A DNA stretch of 64,000 bases, from contig NZ_CP159486.1 in NCBI RefSeq assembly GCF_041902845.1, forward strand, positions 2,623,935 to 2,687,934, read 5' to 3'. The stretch comes from Limibacterium fermenti. GTDB lineage: Bacteria > Bacteroidota > Bacteroidia > Bacteroidales > Dysgonomonadaceae. The first letter of the stretch is position 1; the number at the start of each line of letters is the position of its first letter. Positions 38,217 through 47,966 of the stretch are shown one piece after another. The translations under genes and the position numbers were made by a program. Under the pieces are notes generated by a model, which did no database searches, was not told the DNA's origin, and worked only from the letters and a program-made list of their open reading frames with translations.

Positions 38217-38870
38217 TTATAGAGTCATAAAATAATCGGTCATTTTCGCAAATGAATCAAACGCAAGGACATATCGGTCTGTTTTACCGAATCCGTACGT
38301 CATATAGATAAACGGCAACCCGGCAACCGACGATGCCCGGCTGTCGGTATCCGTATCGCCAATATATACCGGAGTTTGCAAACGATTTCTCTCTTTCAGG
38401 AGCTTCATATTAAACTCTTTCGGCTTGAGGTTTTGCCCATGCTCCATGTAATCGGTAAAAAGACGGGATGTATCGGTATAATGCATGAATTTGAGCAATC
38501 CGCCTTCTTCACAGTTACTCAGCAGGAAAAGTTTATACTTTTGCGCTAAATTCTCCAATCCCTGCACTACGCCGTCATACACGTTGGGGTGCATCGTCGC
38601 CGCTAATGCATGGTACTGCACCGTCACTTCCTCGAACAACGCATCACGCGCCTCTTCCGAAGCATCCGGCCTTAAACGAACCAGTATTTGTTTCGCTTCC
38701 TTGCCCATCAAGCCCAATAGTTCTTCACGCGTCACCTGCACATCAAGCCCTTGTATCTTCAAGGCGCGATTCCACGCAACGACATAATTATCGACATTAT
38801 CCCAAAGAGTGCCGTCCATATCGAAAATCAAACTGTCCGGCCGTTCCAATATATGAGTATCCTTTTCCAT
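38217..38870 (-). CDS. HAD-family hydrolase
   Basis: The IFDMDGTLWD motif lies just after the internal ATG at 38870. The upstream extension in the track ORF is non-homologous. Confidence 0.7.
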   Translation of the reverse strand: MEKDTHILERPDSLIFDMDGTLWDNVDNYVVAWNRALKIQGLDVQVTREELLGLMGKEAKQILVRLRPDASEEARDALFEEVTVQYHALAATMHPNVYDGVVQGLENLAQKYKLFLLSNCEEGGLLKFMHYTDTSRLFTDYMEHGQNLKPKEFNMKLLKERNRLQTPVYIGDTDTDSRASSVAGLPFIYMTYGFGKTDRYVLAFDSFAKMTDYFMTL

Positions 38871-39140
38871 TTCTGTGTGCAAAAATACGCAACAAAGGCT
38901 TACAGGACAAATAAAAAAAAGATTATCCGCTAGGCAACGGGTATCGATCCCCTCTGCTCGATCGTTCACCCTCCGTTCAACTCCCCACAAGGGAGGAAAA
39001 GAATTGAAAGGTGCAACCGGACATATCGGGAAGCGGGAATAGTCCATCCTTTAGGAGGCATCAAACCGGCGCTCTTCCTCTTCAGCAGGACACTTGCCGC
39101 TGCCGGCATTCCACCCGGCAATGCAAGAACGACGTTTTGT

Positions 39141-39415
39141 CAGACCAGTATGACACCGGGTCAGTCCAGCATGACACTTGGTCAGGCCAGTTGTTCACTT
39201 GACAAAGCCAGTACGCCATTCTGTCAGATCAGAAAGCCACTTGATGCAACCAGTACGACACTAGGTCAGGCCAACAGCCCACTTGATGCAACCAGGACGA
39301 CACTAGGTCAGGCCAGCAGCTCACTTGATACAATCAGTACGACACTAGGTCAGGCCAGCAGCTCACTTGACGAAGCCGGCAGTCCACTTGACAAAGCCGG
39401 CATGTCACTTGGGCA
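39141..39415. repeat. Tandem repeat with three near-perfect 42-bp units (…CAGTACGACACTAGGTCAGGCCAGCAGCTCACTTGAT…) plus degenerate flanking copies. A 21-bp sub-period is present.
   Basis: Read directly. Units start at about 39248, 39290 and 39332. The 102-aa ORF 39150..39458 is probably a translation artefact of the repeat. Confidence 0.75.
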
Positions 39416-39521
39416 TAACAGGTGTTCTCCGGATTTGCGGAGAATGCTCAATGATTAAAAAGAACACGAAAAGCGAACTATATCAACTGATGACTGTTAT
39501 GATACTATTAATAATTTCTTT

Positions 39522-40466
39522 ATGAAAAAAACAAAAGTCTGCGTTATCATTAATCCGGTATCGGGAACCGAATCGAAGAAGAACATTCCCGACGAAGTGG
39601 CTGCTGCTTTCGATCAAAAAGAGTTCGATCTTATCTTCCGTCTTACAGGTTATCCCAATCATGCGACCGAAATCGCCCGGGAAGCGATGGAGAATGCATT
39701 TGATTCTGTGCTTACCGCAGGCGGTGACGGCACGGTAAATGAAGTGGCCAAAGCGCTTGTAAACTCCGACACGACCTTGGGGATTATTCCTTTCGGTTCG
39801 GGAAACGGATTAGCAAGGGAATTGGGTGTTCCGTTGGATTCCGAAAAAGCCATCGAGATCATTCTTAAGGGACATACCCGCACTATCGATTACGGCGTGG
39901 CCAACGAACATATTTTTTTCTGTACCTGCGGTGTGGGATTCGACGCTTTTATCAGCGGTAAATTCGCCGAAGAAAAGAATCGGGGCCCTCTCGGATATTT
40001 TCGGAACATATTGGAAGGTGCGGTGGATTTTAAGTCTGAAGAATATGAGATCACCTACGACGACGGGGAATTGAAAGAACGGGCATTCATTATCACGTGC
40101 GGAAACGCCTCCCAATATGGCAACGAAGCCTATATCGCACCGGGAGCCGATATGGAAGACGGCAAAATGAACGTGTCTATCTTAAAGCCGCTCAACGCGC
40201 TCGAGATTCCGCAAACCACCCTACAGTTGTTCACAAAAAACATCGACAAGAACAGCAAGATGACCACGCTTCTCACGAGTAACCTGACGATTAAACGATC
40301 GCATGCCGGCGTGATGCACGTCGATGGCGAACCCATCGAAACAGGCAAAGATATTCACGTAAAAGTTATTCCCCGCGGACTAAACGTATTTGCTCCGCCC
40401 AAACCGGCGAACAAACAAAAAGAAAACGAAACTGTTTTCTCGGCACTCACCCGCTGGTTTAGTTAA
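39522..40466 (+). CDS. Diacylglycerol/lipid kinase family protein (YegS/BmrU-like)
   Basis: The DAGK catalytic-domain motifs (CVIINPVSG…LTAGGDGTVNEV) are present. Confidence 0.75.
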   Translation: MKKTKVCVIINPVSGTESKKNIPDEVAAAFDQKEFDLIFRLTGYPNHATEIAREAMENAFDSVLTAGGDGTVNEVAKALVNSDTTLGIIPFGSGNGLARELGVPLDSEKAIEIILKGHTRTIDYGVANEHIFFCTCGVGFDAFISGKFAEEKNRGPLGYFRNILEGAVDFKSEEYEITYDDGELKERAFIITCGNASQYGNEAYIAPGADMEDGKMNVSILKPLNALEIPQTTLQLFTKNIDKNSKMTTLLTSNLTIKRSHAGVMHVDGEPIETGKDIHVKVIPRGLNVFAPPKPANKQKENETVFSALTRWFS

Positions 40467-40478
40467 ACCGTAATTTTA

Positions 40479-40506
40479 CCGGGGGTGTTTAACGCAACGC
40501 CCCCGG
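40479..40506 (+). terminator. GC hairpin (CCGGGGG…CCCCCGG) after the lipid kinase gene. It has no clear U-tract.
   Basis: Seen directly. The terminator signature is weak. Confidence 0.3.
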
Positions 40507-40613
40507 CGATCCTACATCAAGAAAAGCCGCTTGTTATCCTTTACCCATGAACAAGTTCGTCTGCGAGATGTTATTTATGTACGTGAATATAGGCAAAATA
40601 ACTATCTGTAATA

Positions 40614-41756
40614 ATGAAAAATTTCATCTTTCAAAATCCTACCAAACTAGTGTTTGGTAAAGGACAAATCGCTAAGCTGGCGGAATTAATCCCTGCCGGA
40701 GGAACGCTTATGGTTACTTACGGCGGAGGAAGTGTTAAGAAAAACGGTGTTTATGAACAAGTGACGCACGCATTACAAGGGCGCGATTATATTGAATTCT
40801 GGGGAATAGAGCCTAACCCGCATGTGGAGACCTTACGCAAAGCCATCGATGTGGGAAAAGAGAAGAAAGTCGATTACTTGCTGGCGGTCGGAGGCGGTTC
40901 GGTCTTAGACGGAACGAAACTGGTAGCGGCGGGCATTGCTTCCGATACCGATGCTTGGGAAATTGTTTTGCAAGGCAAAACAGAGAAACAAATCCCTTTC
41001 GCTTCGGTCATGACCGTGCCTGCTACGGGTTCGGAAATGAACGGCGGCGCTGTGATTACCCGCAGCGAAACAAAAGAAAAATATGCTTTCCGTGGAAATT
41101 ATCCACAATTTTCGATTCTCGACCCCGAAGTGACCTATACCCTCTCCTCTCATCAAATAGCTTGCGGACTTGCCGACGCGTACACGCATGTATTGGAACA
41201 ATATATGACGACTCCGGGACAGTCCCGCCTTATGGATCGATGGGCGGAAGGCGTCTTGCTTTCCATTATGGAAATTGCCCCGAAAATAAAGCAAAATCCG
41301 AAAGACTATGACCTGATGGCCGATTATATGTTGGCGGCAACGATGGCTTTGAACGACTTCATCCGCATGGGTGTTACGGAGGATTGGTCGACCCACCAAA
41401 TCGGGCATGAACTGACGGCTCTTCACGGCACCACTCACGGTCATTCATTAGCAATAGTTATGCCTGCGACCTTGCGGGTGCTGAAAGACCAAAAACACGC
41501 CAAACTGCTGCAATACGGCGAACGCATCTTCGGCATCACAGAAGGGTCGGAAGAAGAGCGGGTCGATAAGGCGATTGAAAAGACCGAAGCTTTCTATCGT
41601 TCCTTGGGATTAACCACCCGCTTATCGGAAGAGAACATCGGCATGGAAACCATCAACCTGATTGCCGATCGGTTCAATGATCGGGGCGTGGCATATGGCG
41701 AAAACCACAACGTAACCGGTGATGTGGCCAAAGAAATCCTTCTGAGTTGCCTGTGA
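40614..41756 (+). CDS. Iron-containing alcohol dehydrogenase
   Basis: The 380-aa ORF has the Fe-ADH GGGS(V/x)DxxK motif (LAVGGGSVLDGTKL). Confidence 0.8.
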   Translation: MKNFIFQNPTKLVFGKGQIAKLAELIPAGGTLMVTYGGGSVKKNGVYEQVTHALQGRDYIEFWGIEPNPHVETLRKAIDVGKEKKVDYLLAVGGGSVLDGTKLVAAGIASDTDAWEIVLQGKTEKQIPFASVMTVPATGSEMNGGAVITRSETKEKYAFRGNYPQFSILDPEVTYTLSSHQIACGLADAYTHVLEQYMTTPGQSRLMDRWAEGVLLSIMEIAPKIKQNPKDYDLMADYMLAATMALNDFIRMGVTEDWSTHQIGHELTALHGTTHGHSLAIVMPATLRVLKDQKHAKLLQYGERIFGITEGSEEERVDKAIEKTEAFYRSLGLTTRLSEENIGMETINLIADRFNDRGVAYGENHNVTGDVAKEILLSCL

Positions 41757-41802
41757 TTTTAATGAAAATAAGATCGGAACTAAATTTCTAACAAAGAATA
41801 AT

Positions 41803-43029
41803 ATGAAAACAATCCTAACTTTCTTACTCTGTATTCTTACCGCATCCTGTAGCGGCAAACAGACGTCCGGAGAACAACCGGAATCCTCCGGCAAAGATAC
41901 ATTGCCTCCTGTTGAAACTCAAAAGCCTAACACGAATTATCAACCGGCTTTTGAAGGACAAACACGTATAGCCGGGAGCAAAACCACTACTCCTTACGAA
42001 GCGGAAGTAATCGCCCGAGGGCTCTCTCGCCCGTGGGGTATCGCTCTCTTACCGGACGGACGACTGCTGATAACCGAAAAAACCGGCACGTTGCGCATTG
42101 CTTCGGCTACGGGAACGCTGAGCCCTCAGATAACAGGGCTTCCTGCAACCGAAGTTAACCAACAAGGCGGATTGTTGGGTTTGACGGTAGCTCCCGATTT
42201 TGAAACAAGCCGCATGGTGTATGTCGTTTTTACAGAGAAACAACCCAATGGGAACCTTACCGCAGTGGCTAAAGGCCGGTTATCCGACGATGAGAAGCGA
42301 TTGGAAAAAGTGCAGGTTATTTATCGCGCCCAACCAGCCTTCGAAAGCGAATTACATTACGGCGGGCGAATTGTTTTCGATAAAGGAGGAAATTTATTTG
42401 TCACTACCGGAGAACGCTCTGATTTGCAAACACGCCCCAAAGCCCAATCATTAGAGAATGCATTGGGAAAGGTGATCCATATAACGATTGAAGGCCGTCC
42501 GGTAGCCGACAATCCTTTTGTAAACGAAAAGGAGGCTCTTCCGGAAATATTCACTTACGGCCACCGGAATCCGCAAGGATTAGCGATTCATCCGGCAACG
42601 GGAGATGTGTGGATAAGCGAAATGGGGCCAAGAGGCGGCGACGAGTTGAATTTGATTAAAGCCGGACGAAACTACGGGTGGCCAACCATTACGTATGGCA
42701 TCGAATACAGCGGAGCAACCATCGGTGAAGGAATTACACAAAAGGAAGGTCTGGAGCAACCGGTTTATTATTGGGATCCGGTTCTTTCGCCAAGCGGTAT
42801 GACATTTTATGCTTCCGATGCTATTCCCGAATGGAAAAATAACTTGTTTATTTGCGGGCTAAGCAGTAAGCATATCGCCCGTATCGTGATCGAAGACAAT
42901 AAAGTGGTGGGAGAAGAACGCTTACTCGCGGACGAAGGTCAACGGTTTCGAGACATTACCGAAGGAAATGACGGCGCTTTGTATGCCGTGACGGACGAGG
43001 GGAATTTATATCGAATCCGGAAGAAATAA
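41803..43029 (+). CDS. PQQ-dependent soluble sugar (aldose) dehydrogenase lipoprotein, YliI family
   Basis: A lipoprotein signal (LTASCSG) is present. The RGLSRPWGIALLPDGRLLITEKTG beta-propeller signature marks the SGDH family. Confidence 0.75.
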   Translation: MKTILTFLLCILTASCSGKQTSGEQPESSGKDTLPPVETQKPNTNYQPAFEGQTRIAGSKTTTPYEAEVIARGLSRPWGIALLPDGRLLITEKTGTLRIASATGTLSPQITGLPATEVNQQGGLLGLTVAPDFETSRMVYVVFTEKQPNGNLTAVAKGRLSDDEKRLEKVQVIYRAQPAFESELHYGGRIVFDKGGNLFVTTGERSDLQTRPKAQSLENALGKVIHITIEGRPVADNPFVNEKEALPEIFTYGHRNPQGLAIHPATGDVWISEMGPRGGDELNLIKAGRNYGWPTITYGIEYSGATIGEGITQKEGLEQPVYYWDPVLSPSGMTFYASDAIPEWKNNLFICGLSSKHIARIVIEDNKVVGEERLLADEGQRFRDITEGNDGALYAVTDEGNLYRIRKK

Positions 43030-43059
43030 CCGGACAATGAGCCTGAATAGAGGCATCTT

Positions 43060-43440
43060 AAAAGTATTCTTCAGAGGCCGTATAACGAAACGAGATACGT
43101 TCTTACTAAAAGAATACTTTAAGATGCTTTTTCTTTATTTTATTTCTCCGGAGAAAGAATCATGGCTACATCGGCAAAAGAAAGATACCACCGGGCGAAT
43201 TTTTCAAGAGAGAAAAAAAGAAAAGATAATTCGACATGCTCTTCCGCCTCCTTTTCATCCATCAATCCGTAATAATACTTATCGTCTTCCAAAAGCGACA
43301 TCCGGCCTTTTTTCACCCGGATAACAATTTTTTCTAACGCTTCCCCGTGACCAACGAATAGCCCACTCCGGGATTTTCGACAATGGGAATACCCGCTTCT
43401 TCCAACGCGCGGATATCACGATAAGCGGTCAATGCGATTC
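43060..43440 (-). pseudogene. Decayed YafY-like (HTH-WYL) transcriptional regulator remnant
   Basis: The minus strand from the ATG at 43440 reads MNRIDRLSAILIRALEEAGIPIVENPGVGYSLVTGKR*, a regulator-like N-terminus that appears to lack its HTH and then terminates. A downstream frame reads …VIRVKKGRMSLLEDDKYYYGLMDEKEAEEHVELSF…FARWYLSFADVAMILSPEK, which resembles the WYL-regulator C-terminal domain. Confidence 0.45.
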
Positions 43441-43848
43441 ATAGTCTTCATCGGTCATCATAATGAGCCAACGAACGCCAAATGCATCGACAACCTCGCC
43501 TATAGCTTCCGAGAAAAAGGTTTGTTGCAACGGACTTACGATATTCCCGCCATCAGCCAATGTACGGTAAACCGCTTGTAATTTCTGCAAATCATGAAAA
43601 ACGAGTACCAACTTACTACTTCCTGTCGATACGGGTACCCCCGCATCGGCATCTTCGCCTTGTAAACTAAACTGAGGGGTATTCATTACTATGTGGGAGA
43701 TTTTATTCTTCTCCTCTTCCCCGACCGGCATCGTTTTGTCTTCCCCTTTACGAAAGACAAACACAATTTCTCCTTCAAACAATTCTTTGTAGGCGTTGAA
43801 AGCGTCTTCGCAATTTCCACCGAAAACCAAATGCACATTTAAATCCAT
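43429..43848 (-). CDS. VOC/glyoxalase-like family protein (PhnB-like)
   Basis: I assign the 139-aa ORF to the VOC family by overall resemblance; I see no single diagnostic motif. Confidence 0.6.
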   Translation of the reverse strand: MDLNVHLVFGGNCEDAFNAYKELFEGEIVFVFRKGEDKTMPVGEEEKNKISHIVMNTPQFSLQGEDADAGVPVSTGSSKLVLVFHDLQKLQAVYRTLADGGNIVSPLQQTFFSEAIGEVVDAFGVRWLIMMTDEDYESH

Positions 43849-44043
43849 ACTACTTCTTTCTTATGTTTAGATGCAAAGATAAGCGGCCGGAATGTCAACC
43901 CTATGTCAACAAGTTTTTTATTTTTCTTTCTTCAATTTGAGGAAAGCCCAAAACACGTGAAACGAACGTTCTTCGGAATAACGACGGTGATTGCGGCGGT
44001 ATCCGAAACGACCGACAAAGGACTTAACCGATGCGTTCCGCGC

Positions 44044-45003
44044 TTATCTCCGCCCTTGTCCGGAGCGTTTCTCCTCAACCTCTTTATTCACGGCATCTAC
44101 ACACGCTTTTATAGCTTGTTCTGCCGAAGGATAACGAAACTCGAATCCGGCTTTCCGGATCTTTTCGGAAGAAATACGGCTGCCGCCCAATAACATATCG
44201 GCGGCTTCCCCCATAAACAAGCGCATAAAAAAAGCCGGATAGCGAGGCAGAAAGAACGGCTTGCGCAACACGCGCGCCAACGTACGCATAAACTCGGTGT
44301 TGGTCATGAACTCGGGCGCCACGGCATTATAAGGACCCTGCATAGCGGCATCTTCAATCGCTTTCAAATACATGGCGCACAAGTCATCGATATGTATCCA
44401 ACTCATATACTGCCGTCCGTTTCCCATGCGGGCGCCGAGTCCATAACGCGTAGGAAAAAGCATTTTGCGAAAGGCATCGCTTTTGCCCGAGAGCACTACG
44501 CCTTGACGAACCATCACGGAGCGGGCGCCCAGCTCATCGGTAAATCGTTGCGCTTCGGCTTCCCACTTACGGCACGTGCGGCTGAGAAAATCTTCCATTC
44601 GCCCATCGGCCGATTCATCCAAAACCTCATCGGATATATCATTTCCGTAGATACCTACCGCCGAAGCCGATATAAACGCTTCCGGTTTCTTATCCATTTC
44701 TTTCCATTTAGCGAGTATCAAAGCGGCCGATTTCACACGGCTTTCGACAATACGCTGTTTTTTGGCTCGGGTCCAACTATCTTCCGATAAATTCGATCCG
44801 GCCAAGTGGATAACGATATCGGCCTGTTCCAACGCTTTCTCATCAATTTCTCCTTTACGGTAATCCCACCGGTAACGGGGAATATCGGCTTTGACATATC
44901 GCTCGCGGCTCAACCAAATCACTTTATACCCTTTTTCGAGCAACAAATCCGACAGGGCCCTTCCGACCAATCCGGAACCTCCTGTAATAAGTACTGTTTT
45001 CAT
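44044..45003 (-). CDS. TIGR01777-family NAD-dependent epimerase-like protein (YfcH, with a C-terminal DUF1731)
   Basis: MKTVLITGGSGLVG Rossmann motif. The start is set at the internal ATG at 45003. Confidence 0.7.
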   Translation of the reverse strand: MKTVLITGGSGLVGRALSDLLLEKGYKVIWLSRERYVKADIPRYRWDYRKGEIDEKALEQADIVIHLAGSNLSEDSWTRAKKQRIVESRVKSAALILAKWKEMDKKPEAFISASAVGIYGNDISDEVLDESADGRMEDFLSRTCRKWEAEAQRFTDELGARSVMVRQGVVLSGKSDAFRKMLFPTRYGLGARMGNGRQYMSWIHIDDLCAMYLKAIEDAAMQGPYNAVAPEFMTNTEFMRTLARVLRKPFFLPRYPAFFMRLFMGEAADMLLGGSRISSEKIRKAGFEFRYPSAEQAIKACVDAVNKEVEEKRSGQGRR

Positions 45004-45138
45004 ACGCGAAGCTTGTAGTTTTTTCAATCTTATAAACAAAAAAGAGGGTACATTGTTGGTTTCGCCGTTTTAAAAATGATAACGATGGAAGACGGATTAA
45101 AACGAACGACTGTGTGACAACGAAGTACCGGTCTTCTT

Positions 45139-45822
45139 TTATCTTCTACTGCCCGAAAGCGCAATAAGAACATAATAGATGAGCGTAGCCAACGAACTGA
45201 CAGCAGCTACCACATAGGTATAACCGGCCCAGTTGAGGGCGTCTTCGGCCTGACGATGATTGCTGACATCGGTAATGCCGGCACCGCTCAACCACACCAA
45301 CGCACGCTTGGATGCATCTCTTTCAACCGGAAGGGTAATGAAACTGAACAATGTCGTCAAGGCGAACAGTGCGATGCCGAACCATAAAAGGCCGGGGAAG
45401 CTTTGCAAGAGAATGATCCCCGCCAAAAGCACCCATGTGACCCATTTCGATGTGGCCGAAACGACAGGCACGAGGGCCGAACGCATTTTCAACGGGGCAT
45501 ATTGCCGCGCATGCTGAATGGCGTGACCGGTTTCATGCGCCGCTACCGCCGCAGCCGCCACGCTGTTGGTAGCGTAGACCGGCTCGCTCAGGTTGATGGT
45601 CTTATTGGCAGGATTATAGTGGTCGGTCAACGATCCGCGAGTGGATATAACCTGCACGTCGTATATGCCGTTGTCGTGAAGCATTTTTTCAGCCACATCC
45701 TTACCCGTCATCCCGTTTCGTAAGGGTATCCTCGAGTATTTTTTAAACTTGTTCTGTAATGTCGCTTGAACGGCATATCCGGCAACAGCTATTCCGATAA
45801 ATAAAATCCAAATTAAAATCAT
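45139..45822 (-). CDS. Membrane zinc metallopeptidase (YugP-like)
   Basis: The 227-aa ORF has an HETGHAIQH zinc motif and hydrophobic segments. Confidence 0.65.
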   Translation of the reverse strand: MILIWILFIGIAVAGYAVQATLQNKFKKYSRIPLRNGMTGKDVAEKMLHDNGIYDVQVISTRGSLTDHYNPANKTINLSEPVYATNSVAAAAVAAHETGHAIQHARQYAPLKMRSALVPVVSATSKWVTWVLLAGIILLQSFPGLLWFGIALFALTTLFSFITLPVERDASKRALVWLSGAGITDVSNHRQAEDALNWAGYTYVVAAVSSLATLIYYVLIALSGSRR

Positions 45823-45917
45823 AAGCTAAATGTAAAATGATTAGTTGTTCTTTAAACATTTTGTTTCACACAAAAGTTGTCTACAAAAAGTGAAAAACAA
45901 AAAACATGCCAAAAAAG

Positions 45918-45984
45918 GACCAGTCTCCAGTCTCCAGTCCCCCGGTCTCTCCCTCTCCCAGTCTCTAATCTCTATCCTCTATCC
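45918..45984 (-). repeat. Purine-rich degenerate repeat (GGATAGAGGATAGAGATTAGAGACTGGGAGAGGGAGAGACCGGGGGACTGGAGACTGGAGACTGG) directly after the purA stop
   Basis: Read directly. Confidence 0.65.
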
Positions 45985-47244
45985 TCAGCGTATAATCGTC
46001 TGCGCCCTGTTAGGCCCTACCGACACAATGGCGATGGGCACCTGCAATTCATCCTCGAGGAAAGATAAGTACGCGTTGAATTCCTCGGGAAACTCGTTTT
46101 CGGATTTCATGTCCGTCATATCGGTTTTCCATCCGGGCAATTCGGCCCATACCGGCTCTATCTCGCAGTCGATATCGAAAGGCAGGTCAACAACCTCTTT
46201 TCCATCGATTTTATAGGCCACACAAGCCTTGATGGTATCGAACGCATCGAGGACATCGCTTTTCATCATCACCAGCTTCGTCACACCGTTGAGCATAATC
46301 GTATAACGCAAGGCTACCAAGTCAATCCATCCGCAACGCCGGGGACGTCCCGTGACCGAACCGTATTCGTGCCCTCCGTCGCGAAGCGCCTTTCCATCGG
46401 CATCCGACAATTCGGTCGGGAAAGGCCCGCTTCCCACGCGCGTGCAGTAGGCTTTGAAAATACCGTAAACATCGCCTATTTTATGCGGAGCGACACCCAA
46501 ACCCGTGCATGCGCCGGCACATATCGTGTTGGACGAAGTGACAAAAGGATAGGATCCGAAATCGACATCGAGCATCGATCCTTGCGCCCCTTCCGCCAAG
46601 ACCTTGTCGCCTTCGGCCAGGCGTTTATTGATGAAATGTTCGGTATCGACAATCGGAAATGTTTTCAGCTTTTCGACTCCCGCAAACCATTTGGCCTCGA
46701 GTTCTTCGAGGTCGTAGGCAAAATCGTAGCGGGCTAATATCTCTTTATGCCTTTCAACCGCATAGCGGTATTTTTCTTCAAACCGATGAAAAAGGTCTCC
46801 CACGCGCAGGCCGTTGCGGCTTACTTTATCGGTATAAGCGGGGCCGATGCCTTTTCCGGTAGTACCGATCTTCGAGTCGCCTTTGGCCTTTTCGAGGGCC
46901 GCATCGAGCAATTGATGCGTGGGCAAAATCAGATGGGCTTTTTGGGAAATATACAGGCGGTCGGTCAGGTTGTGTCCCGAAGCTTCGAGCCCTTCGATTT
47001 CCTCCTTAAACAACGCAGGATTGAGTACCACGCCGTTACCGATGACATTGATCTGTCCTTTTTGAAAAATGCCCGACGGTATGGATCGCAATACATATTT
47101 CTGATTTTCAAACTCGAGCGTATGCCCGGCGTTAGGTCCTCCCTGAAACCGGGCGACCATTTGATAAGACGGCGTGAGCACATCGACTACTTTACCCTTG
47201 CCTTCGTCTCCCCATTGAAGACCTAAAATTACATCTACTTTCAT
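45985..47244 (-). CDS. purA: Adenylosuccinate synthetase
   Basis: QWGDEGKGK P-loop and a GGPNAGHT motif are present. The protein is 419 aa. Confidence 0.9.
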   Translation of the reverse strand: MKVDVILGLQWGDEGKGKVVDVLTPSYQMVARFQGGPNAGHTLEFENQKYVLRSIPSGIFQKGQINVIGNGVVLNPALFKEEIEGLEASGHNLTDRLYISQKAHLILPTHQLLDAALEKAKGDSKIGTTGKGIGPAYTDKVSRNGLRVGDLFHRFEEKYRYAVERHKEILARYDFAYDLEELEAKWFAGVEKLKTFPIVDTEHFINKRLAEGDKVLAEGAQGSMLDVDFGSYPFVTSSNTICAGACTGLGVAPHKIGDVYGIFKAYCTRVGSGPFPTELSDADGKALRDGGHEYGSVTGRPRRCGWIDLVALRYTIMLNGVTKLVMMKSDVLDAFDTIKACVAYKIDGKEVVDLPFDIDCEIEPVWAELPGWKTDMTDMKSENEFPEEFNAYLSFLEDELQVPIAIVSVGPNRAQTIIR

Positions 47245-47280
47245 CTGTTGTTTCTTATTTGTAACACGTACTTGTTTATA

Positions 47281-47793
47281 TTATTTGTTGTTCTTTTTAT
47301 TTTTTTCTTCCCGCTCTTGTTTCATAAGTTCCATTTTCTTGGCGTGCATACATTTGCTGCACGTACCGTAAATGTACAAGTTGTAATAGTTGACGGTGAA
47401 TTTCTTTATTTTTTTGAGCTGCGCGGCGGTGAACAGATTGCTGTTTTTGGCTTCCCACACTTGTCCGCACGTCGTGCAGATGATATGATCATGATTTTCA
47501 TTCCCGTAGGTGCGTTCATATTTGGCTACATTGGCGCCGAACTGATGTTTAATGACCAAGCCGCAATCAAGAAGCAGCTCGATCGTATTATACAAGGTCG
47601 CACGGCTTACCCGGAAGTTCTCCTCCATCATCGACCGGTATAACGAATCCATATCGAAATGCCCCTTGGTTGAATAAATGTGATCGAGAATCGCAAACCG
47701 TTCGGGCGTTTTGCGATGCTTATGCTGGGTCAAATACCGGATGAACTCTTCCTTGACCTGCTTCCTCACTTTTTGATTGCTGTCCATGGGCAC
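47281..47793 (-). CDS. fur: Fur-family transcriptional regulator (Fur/PerR/Zur)
   Basis: A winged-helix region plus the C-terminal HxHH…CxxC metal site (ENHDHIICTTCGQV … CSKC) are present. Confidence 0.75.
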   Translation of the reverse strand: MPMDSNQKVRKQVKEEFIRYLTQHKHRKTPERFAILDHIYSTKGHFDMDSLYRSMMEENFRVSRATLYNTIELLLDCGLVIKHQFGANVAKYERTYGNENHDHIICTTCGQVWEAKNSNLFTAAQLKKIKKFTVNYYNLYIYGTCSKCMHAKKMELMKQEREEKNKKNNK

Positions 47794-47840
47794 AAATTTA
47801 TTTCTTTTTTATGATTTTTCCTAACGAATGATTCTATATT

Positions 47841-47960
47841 TTCTCCCTGTCTCCCTGTCACTTTGTCTCCGGTCTTCGGTCTTCGGTCGCCGGTCTCCGG
47901 TCACCAGTCGTCGGTCATCATCCCATCATCCCATCATCTCATCAACTTACAATCTCTCCA
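47841..47960 (-). repeat. Purine-rich degenerate repeat on the gene-sense (minus) strand directly after the stop of the GHL10-like gene: GATGAGATGATGGGATGATGGGATGATGACCGACGACTGGTGACCGGAGACCGG…GACAGGGAGACAGGGAG
   Basis: Read directly. It has the same character as the other post-stop repeats. Confidence 0.65.
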
Positions 47961-47966
47961 TCACGA

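Noticed and set aside
37442-38230. 262-aa plus-strand ORF
   Set aside because: It is antisense to the sodium:solute symporter gene and has no TM or other features.
39150-39458. 102-aa ORF (MTPGQSSMTLGQASCSLDKAS…)
   Set aside because: It lies entirely within the 42-bp tandem repeat, and its repetitive low-complexity translation is most likely an artefact.
40479-40506. Strong terminator call for the GC hairpin after the lipid kinase gene
   Set aside because: No U-tract follows it. It is kept only as a low-confidence feature.
43037-43324. 95-aa plus-strand ORF
   Set aside because: It lies antisense to the decayed YafY-like regulator remnant and has no recognisable features.
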